This document shows positions 51,147 through 60,451 of a DNA stretch of 64,000 nucleotides, piece by piece. The stretch covers positions 6,432 through 70,431 of the forward strand of contig JAQBUT010000011.1 of the NCBI GenBank assembly GCA_027623195.1. The letters run 5' to 3'. The number at the start of each line of letters is the position of its first letter. Positions within the stretch are counted from its first letter, which is position 1. The position numbers and the translations under genes are program-made. Under the pieces are notes generated by a model. That model was not told where the DNA came from and searched no databases. It saw only the letters and a list, made by a program, of their open reading frames with translations. The stretch is from Chloroflexota bacterium. Its GTDB lineage: Bacteria; Chloroflexota; Dehalococcoidia; Lucifugimonadales; JADFKI01.

Positions 51147-51805
51147 CCGAATTTAAGATATGTGGCCTAAGGACGCTGGAAGATGCGTTGGCAGCAGCTG
51201 ACGCCGGCGCGTCGTTTTTGGGATTTGTTTTCGTTCCGGGCGTGCGTAGGCAAATAGACGAGGAGTTGGCTTCCGAGATTATCCAGGAAGTCAAAAAGCA
51301 CACGGGTTCGGACGGACCACGTATCGTAGGCTTGTTTGCAAACCAGCCTTTGCCTGACGTAAATCGCATCGTCGGCAAATGCAATCTGGATTTCGCTCAA
51401 CTCTGTGGCGACGAGCCACCTGACTACTGGGATAACGTCGAGGCCTGGGTCATCAAGATGCTGAAGGTGGCAGACGACGGCCCCAAGGAAAAGCTGGTGG
51501 CAGGCCTTCGCAAGCATATCGAGGATGCGGTGAGTCGCATGCACCTGTGCTTGCTGGATAAGTACACCGCCGGGGCCCTGGGAGGCACTGGCAAGTCCTT
51601 CGACTGGAACATCGCTGCGGAGATTGCCAGACATTACCGCATCATACTGGCAGGCGGGCTTACGCCCAAGAACGTCCGCGAGGCCATGTCGACGGCTGGA
51701 CCCTGGGGCGTCGACGTATCCACGGGCGTCGAGACCGACGGGGTCAAGGACATCGAGAAGATTAAGGCGTTTGGCAACACCGTCCGCGCATTTGGCGCTG
51801 CCTAG
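51143..51805 (+). CDS. trpF: Phosphoribosylanthranilate isomerase
   Basis: KICGL, GGTGKSFDW, ILAGGL, GVDVSTGVE. Confidence 0.93.
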   Translation: MTEFKICGLRTLEDALAAADAGASFLGFVFVPGVRRQIDEELASEIIQEVKKHTGSDGPRIVGLFANQPLPDVNRIVGKCNLDFAQLCGDEPPDYWDNVEAWVIKMLKVADDGPKEKLVAGLRKHIEDAVSRMHLCLLDKYTAGALGGTGKSFDWNIAAEIARHYRIILAGGLTPKNVREAMSTAGPWGVDVSTGVETDGVKDIEKIKAFGNTVRAFGAA

Positions 51806-51887
51806 CCGAAATCCTTTCGGATATACGGCTCATCTGATTGCCAAAAGCAGGGTCTGCTGAGGCCCCCCGAATTGGAGACACCCTTAC

Positions 51888-52394
51888 ATGGCAAAGCCGA
51901 TACGTCTGAAGACCCACCGTGTTCGAATCAATGCTCCCCGCGAACTCCTCTATCAGATGATGTCGTCCTTTGGACGTGGCCGCCTCGCAGGCGACAACAA
52001 CGAGTCCTCAGAGGTTATCTCACGTGAAGGCGACACACTGGTCGTAAAGTTCCGCACCAAAGCGGGGCCCATCTCCTACGACACTGTGGAAGAAGTTACC
52101 CTGGAGCCGCCGAGTCGCATAACCTTCCGGCATATGTCCGGACCCCTTCACCACGCCTGGGAAGAGTTTGTCTTTGAAGAAATTACTGAGTTCGAGATGG
52201 AACTGGTCCACGACGGTGAATTCATCTGGAAGCGGTTCCCGTTTTTCGGATGGTTTGGCGGCATGATCTACACCAAGCCCACCTTCGAGCGCGTGCTGAC
52301 GAAACACATGGCCCAGATCAAAGAGTCCGCCGAAGCCAGGGCCGCCCGTAGCCGGGTGTTTCCACGACCCCCTGCGGACACTGGCCGCGCTTAG
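51888..52394 (+). CDS. SRPBCC/polyketide cyclase-like protein
   Basis: INAPRELLYQ start and RITFRHMSGP motif typical of the START/SRPBCC fold; GGAG RBS. Confidence 0.65.
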   Translation: MAKPIRLKTHRVRINAPRELLYQMMSSFGRGRLAGDNNESSEVISREGDTLVVKFRTKAGPISYDTVEEVTLEPPSRITFRHMSGPLHHAWEEFVFEEITEFEMELVHDGEFIWKRFPFFGWFGGMIYTKPTFERVLTKHMAQIKESAEARAARSRVFPRPPADTGRA

Positions 52395-53458
52395 GCCGTC
52401 CTGACCGCCTTGGTCACTGCAGTGGACGAGACCTTCGGCCCCCAACTGGGAATTACACCGCACATGGTCTTTTCTGCGCCGCCCGCGAATACTACCAGGA
52501 TATCCTTAGGGCTTGCTATCAGCGGCAGCAGCGTTGTCTCATCCTCCGGTGTTATATCGCCCTTGATCTCCGCCGCACGCTTCAGGTCGGCCACGGAGCG
52601 TTTCATCTTGCCGTGAACCGTCCGCTTAACGTCGGCCTTGCTCCAGCCGTCCCACACGCTGCTCTCGCCGGATATCACCAGGGTGAGCTCACCTTGTCGT
52701 ACTACGGCGCTATAGTCGTTGGTGGAGCCAACAGTGGAAAGTGACGTGCCGAGGGTGCTTGCAACGTCGGCCACAGTTGTGAGTATATTCTCGGGGTCTC
52801 CGCTGGTCCGGGCCTGTCGCGGTCCGTCACATGCGAAAACAGTTACGGTGCTCTGCTCTGCTGAGAAGCCGCGCTCCACGTGAAGCGGAGTCCAGTGCGT
52901 CTCCGTCTCGGCCTCCGCGATGCAGTAGCTGTACTTGCCGGGGTGGCCAAGCACGCTGCGATCGAACAGGCCTGGTATGGCTGCACAGGCGTTCATTAGA
53001 ATGAGCCTTACTGCCCTGCCTATAGTGGCATTGGCTCTATTCCCTGGCCCGAACAGGTTGTTCCTGGAATTGATGTTCAGCTCTCGCGTCACGGGCCCGT
53101 TGACGATGACCATGATGGCGGAGCCGCCAAGGCTGGACGATGGGCCAACCAGGTTGAACAGCGGGTCCAGCATGGCCTCGGAAGCGGCCAGCACCACCGG
53201 GAAGTACTCCGGCCTGCAGCCCGCCATGACGGCGTTGGCCGCGATCTTGCCTACCGTGATCTCCCGACGACGTTCCGGCAGGGTGCCGACTACCTCATCG
53301 GCTGGCCTGCCTCCGATTTCGAGGAACTGCCCTACCCGCTCCTCGGTGGGAGGCACAACCGGCAGGCCATCGGTCCAGCCCAACTCGTAAATCTGCTCAA
53401 TAGCGTCGACAGGATCGTCCCATTCGATGCTGCGGGCGTCATTGGAACCGGTACTCAT
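52391..53458 (-). CDS. Conserved hypothetical protein (GWTDGLPVVPPT family)
   Basis: GWTDGLPVVPPT, KIAANAVMAGC-PEYFP, RANATIGRA-RL, PGKYSYC-AE, W-PLHVERG. Confidence 0.75.
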   Translation of the reverse strand: MSTGSNDARSIEWDDPVDAIEQIYELGWTDGLPVVPPTEERVGQFLEIGGRPADEVVGTLPERRREITVGKIAANAVMAGCRPEYFPVVLAASEAMLDPLFNLVGPSSSLGGSAIMVIVNGPVTRELNINSRNNLFGPGNRANATIGRAVRLILMNACAAIPGLFDRSVLGHPGKYSYCIAEAETETHWTPLHVERGFSAEQSTVTVFACDGPRQARTSGDPENILTTVADVASTLGTSLSTVGSTNDYSAVVRQGELTLVISGESSVWDGWSKADVKRTVHGKMKRSVADLKRAAEIKGDITPEDETTLLPLIASPKDILVVFAGGAEKTMCGVIPSWGPKVSSTAVTKAVRTA

Positions 53459-53638
53459 GGCTGAACCTCTCAATGCGACATTCTTGGGTAACCAAGCAAA
53501 GCTAGCACAAGGTCAGAGACAGGTCAACGAGAGCCGCCGGTAGCCGCCTTGACAGTGCTATGAGGCATGCCATAGGCTGTCGGGCGACCGTCCCAAAGTG
53601 GGGGTCATATAGCTGTAAATATGAGAGGAGTCCTTCCA

Positions 53639-54037
53639 ATGGCTTTTGCATTTGAGCACGTGCATCTAAAGGCGCGAGACCCTGAGAAGACCGCGAACTG
53701 GTACGTTGAGGCGTTCAACTTCACTATAGTCAACGACAGAGGCGTTCGCCCTTCAGGTGACCGCTTCATTGAGTGCAACACGGCAGACGGGGTAATCATA
53801 AGGATATCCGGAGCCCGCACCGGTGAGGATATGGGACCTGGCAATGCCAATGTCCACTACGGTCTGGAGCACTTCGGTATCACCGTGGATGATATGGACT
53901 CGGAGCTGGAACGACTAAAAGCCCTGGGCGCTGTTGTCGATGAAGGCCCCAAAGACGGCGGTCGGCCTGGAAGCAAGGTTGCCTTCATCAAGACCCCTGA
54001 CGATGTTCGCATTGAGGTTATGCAGCTAGGTAGCTAG
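53639..54037 (+). CDS. VOC/glyoxalase family protein
   Basis: EHVHL, EHFGITVDD, AFIKTPDDVRIE; GAGGAG RBS. Confidence 0.88.
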   Translation: MAFAFEHVHLKARDPEKTANWYVEAFNFTIVNDRGVRPSGDRFIECNTADGVIIRISGARTGEDMGPGNANVHYGLEHFGITVDDMDSELERLKALGAVVDEGPKDGGRPGSKVAFIKTPDDVRIEVMQLGS

Positions 54038-54073
54038 CTGAGGGATCGACCAAACGTTATTTTAGGAGTTTGA

Positions 54074-54604
54074 ATGATAGATCGAATATTGGGTGCGCTG
54101 CGGCTGAACCCTCACACCTTTGAGGAAGTGGAGGCCGACACCAGCGCGACGAAGCAGGCGGCTTTCGTTGTTATTATCGTCGCCATAGCTACAGGTATTG
54201 GTGGGATAGGTGGTGGCCCGCTTGGCTTCATAATGGGCATCGTCTCGGGCCTAATTTTCTGGGCGGCCTGGGCCTTCCTGACTTTCATCATCGGGACGAC
54301 CATACTCAAGACACCTGAGACGCATGCGAACTGGTCGCAACTGGCTAGAACGACGGGCTTTGCCCAGGCTCCCGGCATCTTGAAGCTGTTTGGTTTCATT
54401 CCGGTGTTGGGCGGCATTATTGTCTTCATAGCCTCGGTGTGGCAATTGGTAGCCATGGTAATCGCTGTTAGACACGCATTGGATTACACGTCCACGATTA
54501 GAGCCGTGGCCGTTGTGATTATAGGTTGGATAGTCGTTATGATAATCGTCGGTTTGTTTGCGGTCACTTTTGGCGGTGCCCTAATCGCCGCCGGAGGGCC
54601 ATAG
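54074..54604 (+). CDS. YIP1-family membrane protein
   Basis: Several TM helices; EEVEAD, RTTGFAQAPG, AVRHALD motifs. Confidence 0.7.
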   Translation: MIDRILGALRLNPHTFEEVEADTSATKQAAFVVIIVAIATGIGGIGGGPLGFIMGIVSGLIFWAAWAFLTFIIGTTILKTPETHANWSQLARTTGFAQAPGILKLFGFIPVLGGIIVFIASVWQLVAMVIAVRHALDYTSTIRAVAVVIIGWIVVMIIVGLFAVTFGGALIAAGGP

Positions 54605-54627
54605 ACGAAACATGGGAGCGAAATAAA

Positions 54628-55011
54628 TTGGCAAGACAGACTTTCTTTTCCAATCCAGACAAAAAGCCGTCAGGATTCTCCCCTGCCACCAGGGTCGGCA
54701 ACCAGGTATTCATCTCGGGCCACGTCTCCGTTGACGCCGAGGGTAATGTCGTTGGCGTTGGCGACGCTGGCGCTCAGTCCGAGCAGTGCTTCAGGAATAT
54801 CGAAGCTGCCCTTACGGCCGCTGGCGCCACGTGGGGCGACGTAACGAAGATAACCTGCTTCATGCTGCACCGGGAGGACTACCCCGCCTACGCTGCGGTA
54901 CGGCTGAGGTACTTCCCTGAGAACGGGCCTGCCAGTAGCACGGTGTTCATTCCCGGGCTGGTCCGGCCCGAATACCTCATCGAAATAGAGGCCACGGCGG
55001 TATTGGGGTAG
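54628..55011 (+). CDS. RidA/YjgF/UK114 family protein
   Basis: FISG, NIEAAL-AAG, VTKI, PASS, LIEIEATA. Confidence 0.88.
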   Translation: MARQTFFSNPDKKPSGFSPATRVGNQVFISGHVSVDAEGNVVGVGDAGAQSEQCFRNIEAALTAAGATWGDVTKITCFMLHREDYPAYAAVRLRYFPENGPASSTVFIPGLVRPEYLIEIEATAVLG

Positions 55012-55089
55012 GCAATTGTTGTGCGCAGAGGTACAGGTCAGAACAAACTTTAACTGGGAAAATGGATTTATCCCGGATTAGGTGGAAAC

Positions 55090-55437
55090 ATGACAGACGA
55101 AGACTGCATCTTTTGCAAGATTAACGCTGGGGACATTCCCAGCGAAAAGCTTTTTGAGGACGACGACTGCTTCGCAATTCGAGACATCGCGCCCAAGGCG
55201 CCGACGCACCTGCTGGTCATACCCAAGGAGCACTTCACCTATTTGACGGGAATGACGGCAGGGTTTCAGCCCGTCATTGGCAGTATGTATAACGCTGCGC
55301 GACAGTTGGCCATATCCGAGGGCGTTGCGGAGCCTGGCTACAGGCTGATCGTCAATCAGCGGGACGATTCGGGCCAGGAGGTGCCGCACCTGCATATGCA
55401 CCTGCTGGGTGGACGCAAGCTTGGCCCCATGGGCTAG
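55090..55437 (+). CDS. HIT family nucleotide-binding protein (HinT-like)
   Basis: CIFCKI, DIAPKAPTHLLVIPK, GQEVPHLHMHLLGG. Confidence 0.93.
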   Translation: MTDEDCIFCKINAGDIPSEKLFEDDDCFAIRDIAPKAPTHLLVIPKEHFTYLTGMTAGFQPVIGSMYNAARQLAISEGVAEPGYRLIVNQRDDSGQEVPHLHMHLLGGRKLGPMG

Positions 55438-55465
55438 GTCTAATGGCCAAGTGAATGGATGAACG

Positions 55466-55503
55466 AAAAGAGGGCTTCCCAAGATCGGGAAGCCCTCTTT
55501 TTT
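55466..55503. terminator. Bidirectional intrinsic terminator
   Basis: AAAAGAGGGCTTCCC-AAGATC-GGGAAGCCCTCTTTTTT. Confidence 0.85.
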
Positions 55504-55562
55504 GCTTGGAAGCTGGTTCGCAACGATAATACCGGGCCTTGCATAGAAAGCTATTGGACACC

Positions 55563-55626
55563 TGTGGTTCGACAGGCTCACCACGAGCGTTGGGGTAGAA
55601 TCCTGGTCACTCAAAGCTTGTCGAAT
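55563..55626. repeat. REP-like palindromic element, copy 2
   Basis: TGTGGTTCGACAGGCTCACCACGAGCG...AGCTTGTCGAA (inverted second arm). Confidence 0.6.
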
Positions 55627-55670
55627 GATTGGCGGCGAAAAATTCTACTTTTTGCGAAGAGGAAAGGATG

Positions 55671-56558
55671 CTATACGGGCATTTCCCGCTTCGTGTGCGC
55701 CCTGCCGATCTTGGCTGCCTCTTCGTTGTTTCCTGCGATTACCATGACACCTTCGTCGATCATATCAGTCACGTCGGCTGGAGTGACCGAGTTGAGGAAG
55801 AACAGGCCAGCTTTTTCGCACGCGGACTTGATGCGATTACGGGCCGCCGTAAGCTCAGGAGGCATCTGGTCCTTGGGTGGTAGGTGCTTGTAGCCGTGCA
55901 CCAGACTCATGTCGCCGGGACCCCATTCCGCGAAGGCAATGCCTGGAATTTGCGTGCTCAACTCCACGTTGGACAGCGCTCGCTTGTTCTCGATCTTGAG
56001 GCCCAAGAGCATCTCGCCATTGGGATTTAGCGGCCATGGGTCTGCCTTGTCCAGGTAATCGTCGCCTGAAATGCCCCAGACTTCGCCAGCCTGGTTTTGC
56101 CCGCCAGCGCCGCGATGACCCTCGCCCAGGTTTTGGTCTACGCCGATCTTGTTGATGGGGTATCGGCAAGACTCAACAAACGCTCGGACCGCTCCGGGAT
56201 TCTCCGCGTGGCAAAGGAGGATTCCATGCACGCCCCTGGAAAGGATCTGCCGGAACTGCCACGCATTTGCCCTGACAACCTCAGCGCTACCGCCGTCGAC
56301 AGGAACTTCCACGATTACAGCGGGAGTGCGGTGGCCGCTGTTGGTGGGCCCACCGTCGATTAGGCCTCGCATGAACTGGTCTAGCCCGGCCATGTCGAAG
56401 GCGCCATGCTCCATACCAACGTTGATATAGTCGGCCCACGTTTTGGACATCTTAAGGCCCTCTTCGTAGTTCAGCACCGCCCCCGAATGCGCCCCGGTGT
56501 AATAGATAGGCTGGCCCTGTTCCAGAAGTTCGATCATCTTGTTTATTCTTTTTGGCAT
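55671..56558 (-). CDS. HpcH/HpaI aldolase/citrate lyase family protein
   Basis: MEHG, GVHGILL, KIE, EWGPGDMS motifs; GAGG RBS before ATG 56558. Confidence 0.75.
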   Translation of the reverse strand: MPKRINKMIELLEQGQPIYYTGAHSGAVLNYEEGLKMSKTWADYINVGMEHGAFDMAGLDQFMRGLIDGGPTNSGHRTPAVIVEVPVDGGSAEVVRANAWQFRQILSRGVHGILLCHAENPGAVRAFVESCRYPINKIGVDQNLGEGHRGAGGQNQAGEVWGISGDDYLDKADPWPLNPNGEMLLGLKIENKRALSNVELSTQIPGIAFAEWGPGDMSLVHGYKHLPPKDQMPPELTAARNRIKSACEKAGLFFLNSVTPADVTDMIDEGVMVIAGNNEEAAKIGRAHTKREMPV

Positions 56559-56642
56559 ATTATTTCCTCTCGGCTTTTCGTCATTCCTTTGTTCGGGGAG
56601 TTTACCCCAATTCCGATTTGACGCCAACTGTCTCGCCGAAGT

Positions 56643-57146
56643 TCAGCGGGCCGGTACGACCTCGCGGATTTCCACGGTTACGTCGCCCGCGTCCAGCGTC
56701 AGTATGGCAATAGTCGCCGGCACCATAAAGGACGCGTAGGCCTGGCCTGGATTTACGAACAGCACGCCGTCTTTGGTCTCGTTTACTGGCACATGCAGGT
56801 GGCCGTAGAGGATGATGTCTACCGGCTCAGGGAAATCTGGGAGCAGCGCCTCGGGCTCGAATTCGGGGCCGCCCCAGGCCGGGTGTATCACCCCGACGCG
56901 CTTGCCCTCCACTTCGATTACCTCCACGTAAGGGATGGCGTTGCGCAGGTTCACAGGGTCCGTGTTGCCATGCACTACCACGGAGCGTTTGGCCTCCTGC
57001 TTGAAGCCTTCGACCACGTCCATTCGGACGAAGTCCCCGCAGTGGACGGCGATATCAGCCTCAGCGACGGCCTGTCGAATATCCGGATGCACTTCGTCCC
57101 ATTTGTGGAAGTGGGTATCGGAGATGACTACTATTTTAGTGCTCAT
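56643..57146 (-). CDS. YfcE-family metallophosphoesterase
   Basis: ISDTH, HCGD, GNTD, GHLH, NPG. Confidence 0.88.
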   Translation of the reverse strand: MSTKIVVISDTHFHKWDEVHPDIRQAVAEADIAVHCGDFVRMDVVEGFKQEAKRSVVVHGNTDPVNLRNAIPYVEVIEVEGKRVGVIHPAWGGPEFEPEALLPDFPEPVDIILYGHLHVPVNETKDGVLFVNPGQAYASFMVPATIAILTLDAGDVTVEIREVVPAR

Positions 57147-57312
57147 GCAGCGCGGATTTTAGCATACGTTGACCTATGATTCGCCGCCGGGCGAAGCCGA
57201 TTTAAATATATGTCCTTCGTTTCTGTAATCGGTCTACTTGAGGGATTGACCTTTGTGCTACAATGCCGCCGTTAATTTATGGATATTTGGGCCATTGCGT
57301 CGGAGGCTGTTG

Positions 57313-58563
57313 ATGTTTTCTAAAGGTTCTGTGAAGGTAGACGGACCCCTGAAGGGCGTTAAAGTCCTGGACTGGACCGTGTGGCAGTTTGGGCCTGTTT
57401 CTACTGCCATGATGGCAGACATGGGCGCGGATGTCATCAAAATAGAGTCGCTGGACGGCGACTCGGGCCGGGGGCTGTGGAGGGCGTCCAGCCTGACCAT
57501 GGACCTTGGTGGCGGACGCAACGCCTACTTTGAGACGACAAACCGCGGCAAGCGCGGTATGGCAATAAATTTCAAGACCGAAGAGGGACGTGAGATCGCA
57601 TACAAGCTGGTGAAGGATGCCGATGTTTTCGTGCAGAACTTCCGCCAGGGTGTGGCCGAGCGGCTAGGTATGGGTTACGAAAAACTCAGCGAGATCAACC
57701 CAATGCTGGTTTATGGTTCGGCTAACGGCTATGGCCCGAATGGTCCCGATTCTCACCTGCCTTCCTTCGACGGTTGCGGACAGGCCAGAAGCGGCCTGAT
57801 GGTCTCCGCATCCGACCCCAAGGCTGAATACCCTACTCGCATCACTCAGGGCGTGTCCGACCAGATAGGCGCCATTATCCTGTGCCAGGGAGTCCTCGCG
57901 GCGCTGGTATGCAGGCACATTCAAGGCAAAGGCCAGAAGGTAGATACCTCTCACTTGAGCGCGAACATGTGGCTCCAGGGCATGGGCATGACAATGTCCT
58001 TGCTAAACAACGGTCGCAGCTTCCAGTCCTATGACCGGGAAGCCCCCACCAACCCATTGTCGAACCTATACAAGGGGTCGGACGGCAGGTGCATTCAGAT
58101 GATGCACCTGCAGCCTGACCAATACTGGGAACCCCTCGCTCGTGTGATGGGCCTAGAGCACCTTGTGGGCGATCCCAAATTTAGTGACATGGCGGCTCGC
58201 GCCGAAAACTCAGTGGAGCTGGTTAAGATCATTGACGAGGTCTTCGCCACTAAGACAGCTGACGAGTGGGACGAGGCTTTCCGAGCGTCGGGAACGGACT
58301 TCATCTACGCCAAAGTGCAAAGCGTGGAGGAGTTGGTGGACGACCCGCAGGTGATCGCCAATGACTACATAACGGAATTCGAGCATCCTGTGCTCGGCTC
58401 TGTTAAAATGTGCAATCATCCCAACATATACAGCGAAACGCCTGCGGGAATCTGGCGGGAAGCCCCTGAACTTGGGCAACATACCGAAGAGATTCTCATT
58501 GATCAGCTGGGATACGATTGGGATGATATACAGAATCTCCGGGAGGCCGGAGCAATACTTTAA
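57313..58563 (+). CDS. Family III CoA-transferase (CaiB/BaiF/Frc)
   Basis: PLKGVKVLD, ADMGADVIKIE, NRGKR, NFRQG, catalytic-position Asp in GVSDQ, APELGQHT. Confidence 0.92.
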   Translation: MFSKGSVKVDGPLKGVKVLDWTVWQFGPVSTAMMADMGADVIKIESLDGDSGRGLWRASSLTMDLGGGRNAYFETTNRGKRGMAINFKTEEGREIAYKLVKDADVFVQNFRQGVAERLGMGYEKLSEINPMLVYGSANGYGPNGPDSHLPSFDGCGQARSGLMVSASDPKAEYPTRITQGVSDQIGAIILCQGVLAALVCRHIQGKGQKVDTSHLSANMWLQGMGMTMSLLNNGRSFQSYDREAPTNPLSNLYKGSDGRCIQMMHLQPDQYWEPLARVMGLEHLVGDPKFSDMAARAENSVELVKIIDEVFATKTADEWDEAFRASGTDFIYAKVQSVEELVDDPQVIANDYITEFEHPVLGSVKMCNHPNIYSETPAGIWREAPELGQHTEEILIDQLGYDWDDIQNLREAGAIL

Positions 58564-58637
58564 GAGCGTAATTATTTCGCTAAGGTGAGCCATGTGCTTA
58601 CCCATATCCGGTATTCCAAAAACACTTAGGAGGAGCG

Positions 58638-60302
58638 ATGGCTGAGATAAGCGGCGGGCATATATTTGCCAAGGCACTTAAGCATGAGGGTATAGAGTAC
58701 GTATTCACGCTGAACGGTGGCCACATCTACAACCTATACGAGGGTTGTGCAGACGAGGGTATCGAGATAATAGATTTTCGTCATGAGCAGGTAGCGGCCC
58801 ACGCGGCTGAGGGTTGGGCCAAAGTAACGGGTAAGCCCGGCGTGTGTATCGTCACGGCTGGCCCAGGTGTCACGGACGCGGTGACTGGAATTGCAAATGC
58901 TTTTCAGGCGCCAAGCCCTATGATTATCGTAGGTGGTAACGCCGGCATCAGCGATCACCTTCGTGGCGGTCTGCAGGATTTTGATAGCGCCACCTTCCTT
59001 CGTCCCATTACCAAGTTCTCCGAACAGGTCAAGCGCACGGACCGTATTGCGGACTACGTCTCCATTGCTTTCCGGCATGCCATGTCCGGCGTTCCTGGCC
59101 CCGTTTACCTGGAGATGCCTATCGACGTCGTAAATGGTATGGCCGAAGAGGACAACATTAAATACCCTGAACGCTACAGGACCGAAGCCAGGGCTTACGG
59201 CGATCCTGAGTACATCCAGAAAGCCATCGACATCATAAAGAGCACGGAGCGACCGATGGTGTTGGCTGGGTCTGATGTATGGTGGACACAGGCCTCTGAA
59301 GAGTTGAGGGAGTTCGTTGAGTTGATTGGCTCGCCAGTCTTCCTAAACGCAATGGGTCGAGGCAGCATTCCCTCCGACCATCCCAATCTAGGCAGTTTGG
59401 GCCGTCGCTACGGCATGGTAAAGTCTGACAGCGTAATCCTCATCGGAACGCCAATTGACTTCCGCCTAAGCTATGGCGCGGAAAGCCTGTTTCCCCAGAA
59501 TCCCAAGCTGATCGAAATAATGACGGACGGATCCAAGATTGGTCAGAACCGTGCTGTCGATGCCGGTATCGTTGGCGACACCAAAGTCATTCTTCGGGCG
59601 ATAATCGATGGCCTGAAGGCCTCAGGATATCAGACCCCGGGACGGGAATGGGTAGAAGAGGTCATCACCGAGGATGCGGCTCTCAAGGCAGTCGACGGAC
59701 CTATGCTGAAAAGCGACTCCACGCCGATTCATCCCATGCGTCTGGTTGGCGACCTTCGTGACTTCCTGGACCGCGATGCCACTGTCATCGGAGACGGTGG
59801 TGACATCGTTACCTTCGCAGCCCGCGTGCTTAACATTAACGAGCCTGGACACTGGCTCGACCCGGGACAGTTCGGCTGCCTGGGTGCCGGTAGCGGATTC
59901 GCTGCGGCGGCGCAGCTTGCGCGTCCCGGCAAGCAGGTGGTCATTGTCTACGGCGACGGTGGATTTGGTCTGACCGGATTTGACGTGGAGACATACGTCC
60001 GCTTCAACCTTCCCATCGTCTCGGTAGTAGGTAATAACGGAGCCTGGAACCAGACCACCCAGGGCGTTCTAAAAAGGACTGGCCGGGCTTTGGCTACATA
60101 CCTTTCGCAAGATACCGACTATGCCAAGATTATGGAAGGCATGGGCGGCTACGGCGAGCGCATTACCGATCCTAACGAGATCAAGCCCGCGCTGGCCAGG
60201 GCATTCGCCTCGGGCAAGCCTGCTGTGTTGGACGTCGTAATCGATCCTAACGTCTCCTACGGAGATATGGGTGGACGGTCCAGGGCACAGAGGCAGTACT
60301 AA
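58638..60302 (+). CDS. ThDP-dependent enzyme (acetolactate synthase-like; 2-hydroxyacyl-CoA lyase/oxalyl-CoA decarboxylase-like)
   Basis: FTLNGGHI, RHEQVAAHAAEG, TAGPG, GDGGDIV, WLDPGQFGCLG, GDGGFG...GNNGAW. Confidence 0.85.
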   Translation: MAEISGGHIFAKALKHEGIEYVFTLNGGHIYNLYEGCADEGIEIIDFRHEQVAAHAAEGWAKVTGKPGVCIVTAGPGVTDAVTGIANAFQAPSPMIIVGGNAGISDHLRGGLQDFDSATFLRPITKFSEQVKRTDRIADYVSIAFRHAMSGVPGPVYLEMPIDVVNGMAEEDNIKYPERYRTEARAYGDPEYIQKAIDIIKSTERPMVLAGSDVWWTQASEELREFVELIGSPVFLNAMGRGSIPSDHPNLGSLGRRYGMVKSDSVILIGTPIDFRLSYGAESLFPQNPKLIEIMTDGSKIGQNRAVDAGIVGDTKVILRAIIDGLKASGYQTPGREWVEEVITEDAALKAVDGPMLKSDSTPIHPMRLVGDLRDFLDRDATVIGDGGDIVTFAARVLNINEPGHWLDPGQFGCLGAGSGFAAAAQLARPGKQVVIVYGDGGFGLTGFDVETYVRFNLPIVSVVGNNGAWNQTTQGVLKRTGRALATYLSQDTDYAKIMEGMGGYGERITDPNEIKPALARAFASGKPAVLDVVIDPNVSYGDMGGRSRAQRQY

Positions 60303-60320
60303 TTCAAACCTAGGCCAATC

Positions 60321-60358
60321 AACGGGCGACCCGCAATTGCGGGTCGCCCGTTTTTTTT
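60321..60358 (+). terminator. Intrinsic terminator
   Basis: AACGGGCGACCCGC-AATT-GCGGGTCGCCCGTT plus T-run. Confidence 0.85.
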
Positions 60359-60451
60359 ACTACTTTGGCTATTAGGGCTATAATGCCGCATAGAATATAA
60401 ACCTAATTTTAAAAGGCGATACGGACCTGCCCGGTTTGGAGGGTGCTAATC

